This document shows, one piece after another, positions 39,549-52,800 of a DNA stretch of 64,000 bases (its first letter is position 1; each line of letters starts with the position of its first letter). The stretch comes from Haliotis rubra (taxonomy: Eukaryota): positions 496,001-560,000 of the forward strand of contig NW_025766981.1 in assembly GCF_003918875.1 (NCBI RefSeq), written 5' to 3'. The notes beneath the pieces were generated by a model. That model saw only the letters and a program-made list of their open reading frames with translations, was not told where the DNA came from and ran no database searches. A program made the position numbers and the translations under genes.

Positions 39549-40094
39549 CTTGAAGATATTAATATGCTTTAACTAAGCAAAGCATATGTTTGAAAATCAA
39601 AAACTATACCTTTTAAGAAAATGATTTTTGTCTTTTTTGTTTGTTACTCATGTAATGGTGTAAAAGATGAATGTAGTAGTGATGAAAGTATCCAAACGTT
39701 TCTATGGTATTTGTTAATAGTCATACAATCTATAAACGTGTCACGTGAGACCAAAGATGTGTTTGTCCTTCCTTAAACATATTTGCATTTCAACAAAACT
39801 GGTAACTGTATAGTTTAAGGATGATGGCATTGATACTGAATTGTTACCATACATTCGCACAAAATTTGTTTTTGTATGCAAATAATTTCACCCTGATCTC
39901 GTTTTAGCTGCGTTCAAAAATATATCTTAGAATAAACACATGTATGTTTTGTTTGTTTGTTTGTTTGTGATTCTTTGTGTATGTATGTGTGTGTTTATGT
40001 CCGTATCTATACATGTATGTATGAGTATAATGGGTGTAATGTTATATATGGGCCTATGTATGCTCATATGTCGTGTGTGTGCGCGCGCGCTCGC

Positions 40095-40127
<33 letters not shown>

Positions 40128-41164
40128 TGTGTGTCTGTGTGTGTGTGTGAGTGTGATATTACTTATGTAGCTTTACATGTGTATCATGTTTTATGTATTG
40201 GTGCATGTATTTTTATGTTTAATTATAGTGTGTTCAAAATAAATCGTATGTTTATGTTCTTCTGCCATTCATCTATGCGTTTGCACTATATCGTATATGG
40301 TCTGTTTCTTAATTGTTATGCATATCATGGAACCAGGTTTCTCGTTACAGCAACATTTAATACAAAAGTATTGAATTCTCAAATGCTCAACTATTTTGTT
40401 ATCATTACAATGGTTAAGGCTGAAATGAAATCAAGCTGTTATTTCAATAATTTGATGTATCTGGTACATTTTCAGAGGCTCAGAGTTGCAGCTTTGTTGT
40501 CAATATGTAAATGTTGCTGTATGTAGATAAAATGTTTCTCAATCTCAGTCTATCTCGATGTTTATAACTGTTGGCCACATAACGTGAGCGACAGCGCCAA
40601 GTCAATGCATTTTGACATTTCTTCTTGGGTTTATACACTCAGCCAAAGGAAAACGCCACTCTAGTTCACATGGATTTGTACTGTTTTTGATTCCCGTTGT
40701 TTCCGTATGAGGATCGCCATCACTCTGAAACATTACAATAATACACTCTATGATCGTACAAGGTGAGTTAGCGTCTTATCAATATAGACATAAGTAGCGA
40801 GTTGTTCAAAAGTTGGTTGTTTAGTTTCAGTGATATACTGTAAACATTCCTACAGTCAAAGGTGACAGGTTATATTGTTTTGCTGACAACCGAAAATCAA
40901 TCATTCTAATAATGATATGAACTAATTTGCTTCACAGATCAATCAGTTAGTTAACTGTTAGCATGACAAAAGAAACCAAGGTATATTATCTGGGCCACAA
41001 AAATACGTATTTAGCATTCGGAATCCTGGAATTTGGTTTCACAAAACAATTTTATGATATCCACGAATGTACCTTTACTTGGATTAGTAGAACAAACAAA
41101 ACCTATATGTTTAGGGACAGTTCAAAAGTACAATGTAAGTCAAACTTAAGAATTCCTAAAGGTT

Positions 41165-41326
41165 TCAGAAATAGTACCAACCTCTATGCAAAATATTTAT
41201 TCTGAAAATGTTGAATCACACTCTCTCCCCCCCAAAAAAAAATACAACAACAAACAAACAAAAAACAAACAAAAACAAAACAAACAAAACAAATAAAAAA
41301 AGATATATACACATGCACACAGACAC

Positions 41327-41369
<43 letters not shown>

Positions 41370-43222
41370 AAGAGATACAGACAGACAGAAAAGACAGAGA
41401 CAGGCAGAAAGACAGAGAGAGACAGACAGAGGGACAGAGAAAGACAGAGAGAGCAGGTACACAAATTTAAACTTAAGGAATTAAGATTTTATCCGACATC
41501 GTACTTTTGGAACTGATCCCTTACTCACATGAAAATGATCGCTGTGATGCCATTGGTTACAGCATATGACACATACACCGCGCCTCGCCAGTAGATGACA
41601 GTCATCTGGTAGATGTTGTTGTAGACAACAGCTGCTGCCACGGAGCACAACGCCTGCACCACTGCCAGACTCGCGAATATTGCACCTGGCAATTATACAC
41701 TCGTTCAGAATAGTCCAGTGGATATACAGACGGGAATATGTGTCTCGTTATTACATTTTATCCATTACTGGATTGTCGGATGCAAACTTGATTAATTGCA
41801 ATCCTCCGTCATATAGGTGAATAATTGCTCTTGCGAAACATCGGGGAATAGCAGGTCTCGATTATCCGAGTTCATTGGGCGAAAAACTGTACAATTGTAC
41901 TGAAAAGCTGCCTTTTTCACAGTTGATATCACATTTGATCGATGCTACCGAGAGTATAATCAAAATCGGGGAGCTCAGACCACCAACAGAAACATCGTCC
42001 CAGATGAAACAAATATACAAGGAATAACCCACGATCCCTCCCAAAACAAAGCCAAAACAGAATACCTTGTCTTGAAACATACCTTGTCTATTTGATGGAA
42101 CTTGCTTGGACAAAACACTCCTGGCCATTGGTGTTGGAAGAAAACCGATGATAGCAACACCAGGAACTGTAAGGCATGATAGATATGGAATGAAAGCAAA
42201 ACCAAACTTTGAATAGTAGTTTTGCAGTGATAGCAAAACCGAACTGTAACCCATAGTTCTTCAGTGATTGCAAAACCAAACTATGAACACATAATAGTTT
42301 TACTCCTCTAACATAATACAGATTCTTCAGACATACGATATTACGCTGAGCATGTGTGGGTAATCGGTTATTACACCTTCTGTGGCTATCGACACATGAA
42401 TAACCTTATGGGAAAAACAACTACCGATTGGTTTGGCTTTAAGCAATATTCCATCAATATCACGGTGGGGGATACCAGAAATGGGATTCACACATTGTAC
42501 CCACGTGGTGAATCGAACCCAGATTTTCACGAGCGAACGCTTTAACCACTAGGCTACCCGACAGTTAGTTTGAGGTTGAATGGTCTCGCATCTTCTGTAC
42601 GCCTTCACTTGCGAGACAAACTGTTGGCGTTCAAATTATCATTGTGTTATTTATGAGTGAGTGGGTATGGCGTTACGCCGCTTTTAGCAATGTTCCAGCA
42701 ATATCACGGCAGGGTACAACTGAAATGGGCTTCACACATTGTACCCATTTGGTTAAACGAATCCAGGTCTTTGGCGTAACAAGCGAAAGGTTTAACCACT
42801 AGACTACCCCATCAATCTTATGTTATTCATTGCACCATATCGTATATCTTTCTTTTACTAGTCTCCCAATTGGAATGATATAGACAATGTCGAACTTAAG
42901 TTCCACATCACATTATTCTGATTCCTGTTATAAGGTTATGAATATGTCTAAATACTTCTAATAGTGAGTGAGTGAGTGAGTTTAGTTTTACACCGCCTTT
43001 AGCAATATTCCAGGAATATCACGGCGGGGGACACCAGAAATGGGCTTCACACATTGTACCCATATGAGAACCGAACCCTGTCTTCTGCGTGACGAGCGAA
43101 CACTTTAAACACTGGTCTACCCCACCGACCCTAATACTTCTACTACAAAAAGAGCATTTTAGTGTTCGTATATGTGATCAAACAGATTTGTTAATACTTT
43201 TATAGGACTATTCTTATAATAA

Positions 43223-43262
<40 letters not shown>

Positions 43263-44585
43263 TTACTCACTCACTCAAACGCACTCACATGTGCCGCACA
43301 ACCATGTACACGTGTCCACAACAAACTTAACACAACGACACAATAAACGCCTCTTCTCTGTGAACAAGGGGACGTAACTCTTTAACCAGCTGTGGGGAGC
43401 CACACCATGAACAAGGCTGCCTAACATATAATGAAAACCACGACTCTACACATTACTGAGTTACTTACATCCAAGGTAGAGCATCCACTCTGTCGATGCG
43501 AAGGCAAACAACATTTCTCCCCCAGCGTTTGACAAGGAACCTAAGATCCCCATGACAGCGTCAGAGGAACAACATTGTAAGACCCGGACAATCGCCACAC
43601 CAAAAGTCTTCCTTACCACTGTGCTTATCGTGTCGTACACACCCATCTTTTCGGGGCTCCAACAGAAAGGCAAGTTCATGAAGAACAGCGTGTCTATGTT
43701 AGATCCTCCTGAATCACACAGAGACGCGAAGAAGAACGCAAAGAGTCCAAGCCAGAAGATAGCCCGTTTCAAAACAGTCCCACCAAAGTATATGTCAGTA
43801 ATATTACGTAGGCCTTGCAGTAAGGATTTACTGTTCTCCTTGCCATCAGAATCCTCATGTTTAGGACTTTCTAAAAAGAATATCACAAGGACCATATCCA
43901 AAAGCGTCACTGCTGCGGATGTTAGAGATGGATAGAAGAACCCAGTGTTTTGAATGAAGTAGCCTGTGGCTGTAGACGCTAATGATTCTGACAGACCTAT
44001 TACACATTCCAGGATGACGATGTTCAAACTCCTGCTCTGTTCGGGAGGCGTGTGGTCTGCCGTGTAGGCCATGGTAGCTAACATAAAGCCCCAGCCCCCG
44101 CCAAGCAAACCATCCATACCTGTAGCGAGGAAAAAATAATTTAAATCCAGGCGCCAATAAATTATCACTGCAGTCATTGCGTTCCGCAATAAATGACCAG
44201 CCATTGGACAAAGGAATAGAAATTTTCTTCCAATGATGTCGGAGTAAGATCCAATGATGATGTTGCTGAAGACTGCGAAACCAGCGGATGCACTGGAATA
44301 CTGCCATAATTTGGTAGAGGCGAGCTTCTGAGCCTTCTCCTGAAGATGGTATCCCTCATCTGAAGTGTTCTGGAAGCAGGGAGCCAGCACGGTGAAGTTC
44401 TTGATGCGAGTGTCATTTCCGAATACGGAGTCTGCAGCACGATGGTAGATGTATTGGCTCATCACGGGCATGTAAATGTGTGTACCCGTTGCCAATAGGC
44501 ACACAATTACGTTGTTAACAAGCAACCTCTTAACATTTACCCTGGAGCCGGGCGCCGCCTTCTCAAGGAGAGGTGTTTTCTCCAT
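41165..44585 (-). CDS. SLC46-family transporter, paralog 5 (~464 aa, 4 exons; last exon tentative)
   Basis: ATG 44585 (MEKTPLL). Exons 44585-43469, 42166-42083 (84), 41685-41529 (157), and tentative 41201-41165 (IINILHRGWYYF*, resembling paralog 6 LAFRILNKGQYST*). The upstream extension in the ORF track to 44900 is SINE B sequence. Confidence 0.85.
41330..41452. repeat. (AG)n / (AGAC)n microsatellite region
   Basis: Directly visible purine-rich simple repeat. Confidence 0.85.
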
Positions 44586-46031
44586 GTTTACAAGCAACGT
44601 ACTAGTAAATGACACTATTATCAGTAGACTGGTGACAGGGATATCAAACCTTGACCCACTGTATGAATGCCAGCTACTGATAACTATATAGATGTTGTTC
44701 ACAATAGTGAAATACTGTAACAATTGGGCCGTATTCGTACCGATAGTGTCGACTACGCCATCTACGACTGAATGAATCTTCAGTAACCCATACTTGTCGT
44801 AAGAGGCGACTAACGGGATCGGGCGGTTAGGCTCGCTGTCTTCGTTGACACATGTCATCGGTTCCCAATTGCGCAGATCGATGCTCACACTGTTGATCAC
44901 TGGATTGTCTGGTCCAGACTCGATTATTTACAGTACGCCGCCATATAGCTGGATTATTGCTGAGTGCGGCGTAAAACTCACTCACTCACTCTATTTTTCT
45001 GGCCTTCACTTTCCATTTTGGATTAAAGGATTTTGGATAAGCTATTAAAACTGTTATAAAGGCAATACTGAACATTGCTCACATCATTTTAAGTAAGTAA
45101 GTTAAGTGGACGCATTTGTATATCTCATCCATAAGTCCGGGCAAAACATGTTCATGTACCTGAAAGTCCTCTTAACTATTTCTGACCCGTGAAGGTCCGG
45201 GTTAGAATATTGATCTTCGGTAACCCATGCTTGTCGTAAGAGGCAACTAACGAGATCAGGCGGTCAGGCTCGCTGACTTAGCTGACACATGTCATCGGTT
45301 CCCAATTGCGCAGATCGATGGTCATGCTGTTGATCACTGGATTGTCTGGTACAGACTCGATTATTTACAGACCGCCGCCATATAGTTGGAATATTGTTGA
45401 GTACGGCTTAAAACTAAACTCACTCACTCTTAGCTATTTCTGCTGAATCCAACTGTCACATGCTTGAGTACAACAGTTTTCCATCTTATTACGATGACTG
45501 ACTGTTCTGTGTGCAAATACTCCTTGGGTATTCCGTGATCCATAGGCCATAGGACTCCATAGACCCACAATTGAAGCGAATGGTTGGGTTTAGTTTTATG
45601 CCGCTTTTAACAATATCCCAGCAATAGGGACACCAGAAATGGGCTTCATACATTGAACCCCTGTGGGGAATCGAACCCGGGTCTTCGGTGTGACGAGCGA
45701 ACACTTCACCCACTAAGCTACCCAACCGAGTGATGCCATAACTCGTTGCGCATGTTATCAACTCCTGGCATAGATAACAGAAGCCGTCTTTATTCAAACA
45801 ACACTCACTCACCAAACTTTGACATGTTTTCGATTCATTCTGTCCGATATTTTCACTGTCGATGCATTTGTATAGTATCAATTTACAGAATCATGTTTTA
45901 CAATACAATAAAACGTTAATTACAAGTCCTCAACAGCTTGTCAGAACAAATGAATATTATATAAGTGAAAATATGCATGATTTACTTTATGTTTAGTATA
46001 TTTAACTTACATGTGTACTTGTACATTTAGG

Positions 46032-46365
46032 ACCGCCTCCGTGGTGTAGTGGTTAGAGCGTCCGCCCGGAGAGCGGAAGGTCGCCGGTTCGATCCCCGAC
46101 CGCGTCATACCAAAAGACGTTAAAATATGGTACTTGTTGGTCCCTCGGCATTAATGGGTACAACAAATAAATAAATGGTCGGCTCGGAGTCAGTATAATA
46201 TGTCTGAGTGGGGTATTCATGCTTCACTGCGGCATGGTATCTCAGTGGGCTAGCACTATAAAAGCAGCTTAAGTCCGGGCTAGTACAAGCAGCCGCACAT
46301 GCACGTCGTCATATGAGCGAAATATTCTCAAGCACGACTTAAAACCCAATTTCACCTCACCTTAA
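46032..46365 (+). mobile_element. tRNA-derived SINE family C (MetaSINE-like), full-length
   Basis: tRNA head followed by GTCATACCAAAAGACGTTAAAATATGGTACTTG (resembles the Meta domain as I recall it), ending GCACGAC..AAACCCAATTTCACCTCAC. Confidence 0.75.
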
Positions 46366-48180
46366 CTCACTTGCACATTTAGACTTTGTATACATAGGGC
46401 ATATGTATCGGAAGTTAAGATTGCAGACACTTACAATGTATGGTGTGACGAAGCACTAGTTATCATCATAACGCTTCGTCGACTATAGATATCGTTTGCT
46501 TGTTTGTTGTTTAAAGCTGCAATATTCAAACTATATGGCGCGGTCTGTAAATACTGACTGAGTTTGGTTTTACGCCGCTTTTAGCAATTCCAGCAACATC
46601 ACGGCGGGGGACACCAGAAATGGGCTTCACACATTGTACCCATGTGGGGATTCGAACCCGGGTCTTCGGCGTGACGAGCCAACGCTTTAACCACTAGACT
46701 ACCCCACCGCCCCCTGTAAATAACCGAGTCGGGACCAGATAATCCAGTGATCAACATCACGAGCATCGATCTACGCAATTGGGACAGGATGTGTCAACAA
46801 AGTCAACGAGTCTGACCACCCAGTCCCGTTAGTCACCACTTACGATAAGCATGGGTTACTCAAGACCAATTCTTACCCGGATCTTCACAGGTCCAATAGG
46901 TAGTTTTGCAGAATGACGCATCTGCTTTATTAACATAACGAGATTGCGACAGCTATTGTAAGCGTACTGTTGTATTTAGCTAAATCTGGCACATATCTCT
47001 CAAACTAAATTGTATAAGTTTGCATCCCTGTCAATCCAAAACCCGTTGACCCTAACATCAAGAAACCTTTTGCTCGCAATGTACAGCAACTCGAAAATAT
47101 TTTCCACACGGAAATGTGGTTCGAAAGTACAATTTTCCACATTGATCGACCTGTGGGACCTGTAGTAAGTGTGCCCCTAGCACCCCATAGCTTTAGTCGT
47201 TAAAGGGACCCTTTGATTTGATCATTGATTTGTATAGTTGTATATAACATGGCTCAGTCAATTTCCTGGTTTGCAGCTGCAATATATTGTTGAGTGGAAT
47301 GACGTTTATGATTAACTTCATTTTTCTATTCAAAAAATAATTTTAAATGTAAGTTTGTGATTAGACGTTTCAGGTTAATGCAGCTGAGTTATTCGGGTAA
47401 TTATCTCTGATACATCCCAATAAATGTTCACATTTTAGATAACAAAGGACCAGAATATGTGTAACAGCAGGCGATCATTGAATGGATATGCATTATATAT
47501 CTAACAGTATTATATATTGTATGAAGAATGTGTATCTCGCACAGAATAATGCTTCCAATTGGTCTGGGGATTGAGCGAGTGAGTTTGGTTTGACGCCGCT
47601 TTTAGCAATATTCCAGCAATATCAAGGCGGGGGACACCAGAAATGGGCTTCACACAATTTGTCCATCTAGGGAATCGAACCCGGGTCTTTGGCGTGACGA
47701 GAGGACGTTTTAACCATTAGGCTACCCCCACCTTTTGGTATGACGGGGCAGGGGATCGAACCCGCGACCTTCCGCTCTCCGGGCGGACGCTCTAACCAGT
47801 ACACCACGGAGGCGGCTTTTACCTAACAGGTTGTACTAACATGAGATATTACCATACTCGCATTTAAATATGAAATGGGAAATAATTCATTAGGAATTAT
47901 AGTTATGTTGTGTACAAGTAATCTTACGAATACTAAGGTATTGCTAGTGTTACAGGTTATTTAAATACTGGCTCGGGTAGGTACTTTCGCCTAATGGACG
48001 GTCCCATTTGTGGACTACATCTGTATACTGATAAAGTTCTATATGTACAGTTTACAGCGGCAATTAACACTTGACATTTAATATGACAGGTTTTGGACAA
48101 CAAACCACTGAGTGCACGATCCCTACATTATCATGCTATCTGCTTTGAGTGTGAATGGTTAGATTGAGCGTTTTGCAATA

Positions 48181-48590
48181 TAGACTAACGCTTAGTCTCT
48201 GAATATATATAATTTTGGTAGAAACAAATTCCCTTTAAATTGAAAAGGTGCGCCAGCGAGATAGGAGATTCAGAACCTGGATAATCTAGACTTGCTTCAT
48301 TTAGAGCTTTAGCATTGCAGGGAGGGCTGGGTGGAAGGGGAAATAATCCGATTCAGGTACTGAGACAAACTACAGTATTTAGTATGGTTGCCTGCGCTGG
48401 GAGCAAGGCAGAAAGCATGTCCTAGTCTGTCGTACTGAAACAAATATATCCAAGAAAGCCCATGCAAGTCTAGAATATGTGGCAAGCCTAGATTTCCACA
48501 GTTTCTGAGAATGAAGAAAGTTTATGATTATTGCCTGTGAACAGTTTCTTTCTGTGAAATATGTTCATTTCAGAGACTAGATGTTAGCTA
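48181..48590. mobile_element. Non-autonomous DNA transposon with TAG...CTA inverted ends (Academ-like, tentative)
   Basis: TAGACTAACGCTTAGTCTCTGAA vs TTCAGAGACTAGATGTTAGCTA. Related pieces at 33498-33900, 20065-20220, 22018-22170 and 48700-48880. Confidence 0.55.
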
Positions 48591-49898
48591 AGCATGTCCC
48601 AGTACTATATCCGAATATATGAGTACCTATGGCTAGAACAAAGGGTTCAGCTTTACCCTAGATTCCAACGGCACTGGTCAGTCCTCTGAACATTACGTAG
48701 TCCGTAGTCTGTCATACAGACCCTGAAGCAAATATATCCAAGAAAGCCCACGCAAGTCTAGAAAATGTTGCAAATCCAGATTTCCAAAGCTTCAGGTCTC
48801 AGGGCTCCTTTTCATTATATTTCATTATCGTTTTCACTATGAACCTTTTCCCTGTAAAATATGTTCATTTCAGAGGCTAGTAAACGTTGTTTGTCTTCGT
48901 ATTCCGTTACACGCGACAGAATGAAGAACAGAATGAAGCACATACAAGCTACTCTGACACCAGCAGTTATATAACTGACGTCTATCCTGTGCGATATCTA
49001 GGTCAGCTCGTACAAACAATTCTCTCTCTCTCTTCTTCCGCCTTGCTGGGTCAAAAGGGGGCGTTATACGATGGGGTCATTTAGAGTGCATGGTTAATAT
49101 ACAGGTCACTCAGTAGCAGTTCTTAACGAAGAGCCATGTGATTCACAGGGAAGGCGATATTTCCTGGACGTTCATATTCCTGGTTTTGTATCTTGTGTCA
49201 ATGTACATCCGTGAAATATGTATGTGCCCAATGCCGGACAGTACGAATCACGAAGAGCAACTGAGTGAAATAATACTCTGATAGAAAAGAAAAATGTATG
49301 GAATTAACCTTGTTGAGATCAACGTCTTTGTGTGAAATCACATGGTCTGAGAGTTGTTTGTGCTGTTTACGTTTTTTGTCAGCACAACCATTTGGTCTAT
49401 AAACAAAAAAGCGTTTAAAGTCAATGAGGATCAATGTATTTCACCCTGCAAGTATAATCTTACGTCGCTTTCAGCTATATTCAAGCAATGATACGTCGGA
49501 GAGTATCAGCACTGGGTTTCTCACAGTGTACCCATGTTGCCAATATCACCCTGGCCTTCGTTGGAACAATTTCACTCCCTGGCTGCTCCTAGCTTGCACC
49601 AAGGCTGTATTGAAGGCTAAGCCCCTGGACGAAGAGCAATTCTATCCTTGAAAGAGGCAAGTCTAGATTAGTGGACAATATCTAAGGACGCCAGTCTGTT
49701 ACAGGGATGTTATATTTTTAAGAAATCATCATTTGAACTATTAATTATTAGAGACTTGTTCAAGTCTAGGCTGTTCCGTACACTGGAAGTAATCAGGTGA
49801 CATGTATAGAAGTTCGTCATAACCAACACCGACCGTTTAGCCTCTCCATACGCCATCTGAAGTGTTAACGCCTACCACAGCCCTTCTAAGTCAGGATC

Positions 49899-52800
49899 AT
49901 GGATGACGAACCACTGATCGATGTGCTGTCCACCCCGACAGGAACCACAACCAATGTGAGGAACCTCATCGTAGTCAACATCATCGTGGGTGTTCTAACA
50001 TGTTCTACGAAGATATATGAACCTGTGCTGGGTCAGTACGTGTACCACAGAGTTGCTGATGACGTGTTCGGGAACGACAGTCGTATAAAGAACTACAGCG
50101 TTCTGGCTCCGTGTTTCCAGAACACCTCCGACCCTGGGTATGTTATGGTGGAGACTGTCCAGGAACGAACATCAACTGTTTTGTGGCATTTCTCTCTTGT
50201 TGGGGGGATCATCGCCAGTGTTGTTAATATAGGACTCGGAGCTTATTCAGATATCATCGGGAGAAAGTTTCTTTTCATAACATGCATTATAGGCCAACTT
50301 TTGAGAAATGCCATTGCATCTGTGATAATCTGGTTCCATCTCAGCATAGACTACTTTTACATTGTGTCAAGTGTAGACGGGATGTTCGGAGGGCCGTGGG
50401 GTCTGATGCTGTTGGCGTATGCCTACATCGCTGACAACACCCCTCCACAACAGGCTCGATCCTTTGGAATGCTATTCTTGGAGTGCATAAATGCTTTAGC
50501 TGAGGCAGCAGCATCAACTGCAGCTGGGTATTTCATCTTACGTTCAGGATTCTTCTACCCTTCTGTCTTGGCCTGTTGCGTGACGGTCTTAGGGATATGT
50601 ATCGTGGCAGTATGTTTAACAGACACCGTGGTGAATAATAACACCAGTCAGAGCAGGTGTTCGTACATCTTCAACGTGTATCGCCTGTTCGTGAAGGAAG
50701 GAGATCTACGTCAGCGCGTCTTGTTGTGGGTCGGCTTGGGAGCGTTCTTCTTTTCGGTCATCAGCACGTCGTCGGAGATCAACGTGGACCTCCTGTTCGA
50801 GATGAACCAGCCATTCTGTTGGAGCCCCTTCCAGAACGGCATATACGATACAGTGAGCACTGTGGTAAGGCGTACTGTAGGAACAGGCGTGGTCAAAGGG
50901 CTACAGAAGTACATCTCCGATGAAGTTTTGGGAGTGTTGGGATCAGTGTTTGTCATCATCGGAGACGTCCTGTTCGGTTTAGCAACATCAGGCTGGATGT
51001 TGTATCTGGCATGTAAGTTACCTTTCTGTGACTGATTCTGGAAAAAAAGGCAAAATTCAAAGTTTATCACGAATGACGAGGTTGTTTAGCCAAATGTGTT
51101 TTCATTATGTAATAGATTGTGTCACTCAAACACATCCATTTCATCCAGTGTTGGGGCGGTGGGGTAGCCTCATGGTAAAAGTGTCCGTTCGTCACACTGA
51201 AAGTCCGTGTTCGATTCTCCCACATGGGTACAATGTGTAAAGACCATGTCTGGTGTCCCCCGCCATGATATTGCGGGAATATTGCTAAAAACGGCGTAAA
51301 ACCATACTCACTCATTCATCCAGTGTTACAGCATCCACTACACCTAGTCACGATCATGCTCAAACATATGTCACGTGGTGTCATTTGCCACAGATGTGAA
51401 TAAGTGTATATTTTGCTGTGTGAGATAAGCCTGAACATTGATTCATGCACATACTAAGTCCCAAATGACCTGTTTTGTTTCAGTTCCTGGTGTGGGTCTC
51501 ATTGGGTTCCTGGTGTCACCTATGGCTAGAGGCATTATGTCCAAACTAGTTCCACCCCAAAGACATGGTTGGTATCCGTCTGTTTATCTGCCTCAACAGC
51601 ATGTCTGTTTTAAACTTTAATTTCTCTTTATATAACCCCGTACATCCACCAAGCGCACACACTGATGGTTACATTTCCGTATGGGCGTGTGACAAAACAT
51701 TACGGCAATATCACGCGTTGTATACTTTTGATACTAAAACAAATTTATATACCAGGAACGTTTCATACACGGCAATAATCGATATTGTTATGTTTCCTTG
51801 CATAATATCTTTGTTGAAAGGTCATTAAACCATGAGCACAGTAAGAGCACTGTAACAGTGTACAGTTATTATGGTTATGAAACAGTGTTCTTTTAGTGTG
51901 AGTTCCAGAACAAGACCATTGTGAGTATTGCGAGTATTGCGTTGATAGATTAGGAGGAGAAGAATAGAGGTGACAGCAAGGGTGATGACTCCCAGAAGAA
52001 TTGAGACATGGTAGTCTGCAAGATCAGAAACAACGAAGCTGGGACTGGCAGTAGTTTGGGGATTATAATTCAACGATGGGGGTTGTACCGTTGTTACTGG
52101 AGAAACCCGAGTGACCAATAACATTGCTGCAGAGAGTGCACGAATTTTGTAAAACATCCAAATACACAAGATAATCGAAAGAATTGAAGTACCTGAAGCT
52201 GTTATGGCAATTATGGCATTAGTATCTGGCCAGGAACTTGGTAAGGTGATTTGCCCATCAAGCAGAGGCTCCGCAATAGACTGAAATATTGTTTCAGTTT
52301 TCTTAGCGCTTTCTGCCACACGCTTCAGACTTAGATGCGATTTTTGATCATTGGCCAAAACACTAGAAATTTCATGCGAAAAAATGTTAAATTTAGGAAT
52401 TGAGAAATTAACCATTTTTCGAAAGGTGGTATCACCAGCAATGCTAGAGAGGGTAGAGTCATCAAAGAAGTGTTGAAGAAGAGCAAGATTGACAGGATGT
52501 AGATGTGTGATTTGAGTGTGAGATGTACGACAGGAACCGAAGGGTGCAGGATAAAAGAGATCTTCAGTAGAGAGAGAACAGTAGCAAGGAGTCTTAATAA
52601 GACAAAAATTACAGCCAGAAATCACACGATGCATGGTGGGACAGGTAAGTGTAAGAAATGGAATTCTATAAACTAAGACATTAGAGGAATCAACTGAGAT
52701 AAGTTGAGGTGGTTGAGCTTTCGTAACATAGCGGAAATCACAAAGTGACTTGATGAGACTTTTACTGTTTTGGAAAAGTGCAAGGACACATGATGGTTTA

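Noticed and set aside
39940-41516. Hydrophobic or charged low-complexity ORFs
   Set aside because: Translations of (GT)n, (AAAC)n and (AG)n microsatellites.
44586-44900. 105-aa N-terminal extension of paralog 5 in the ORF track
   Set aside because: Begins at a non-ATG codon inside a SINE B copy; MEKTPLL matches the other paralog starts.
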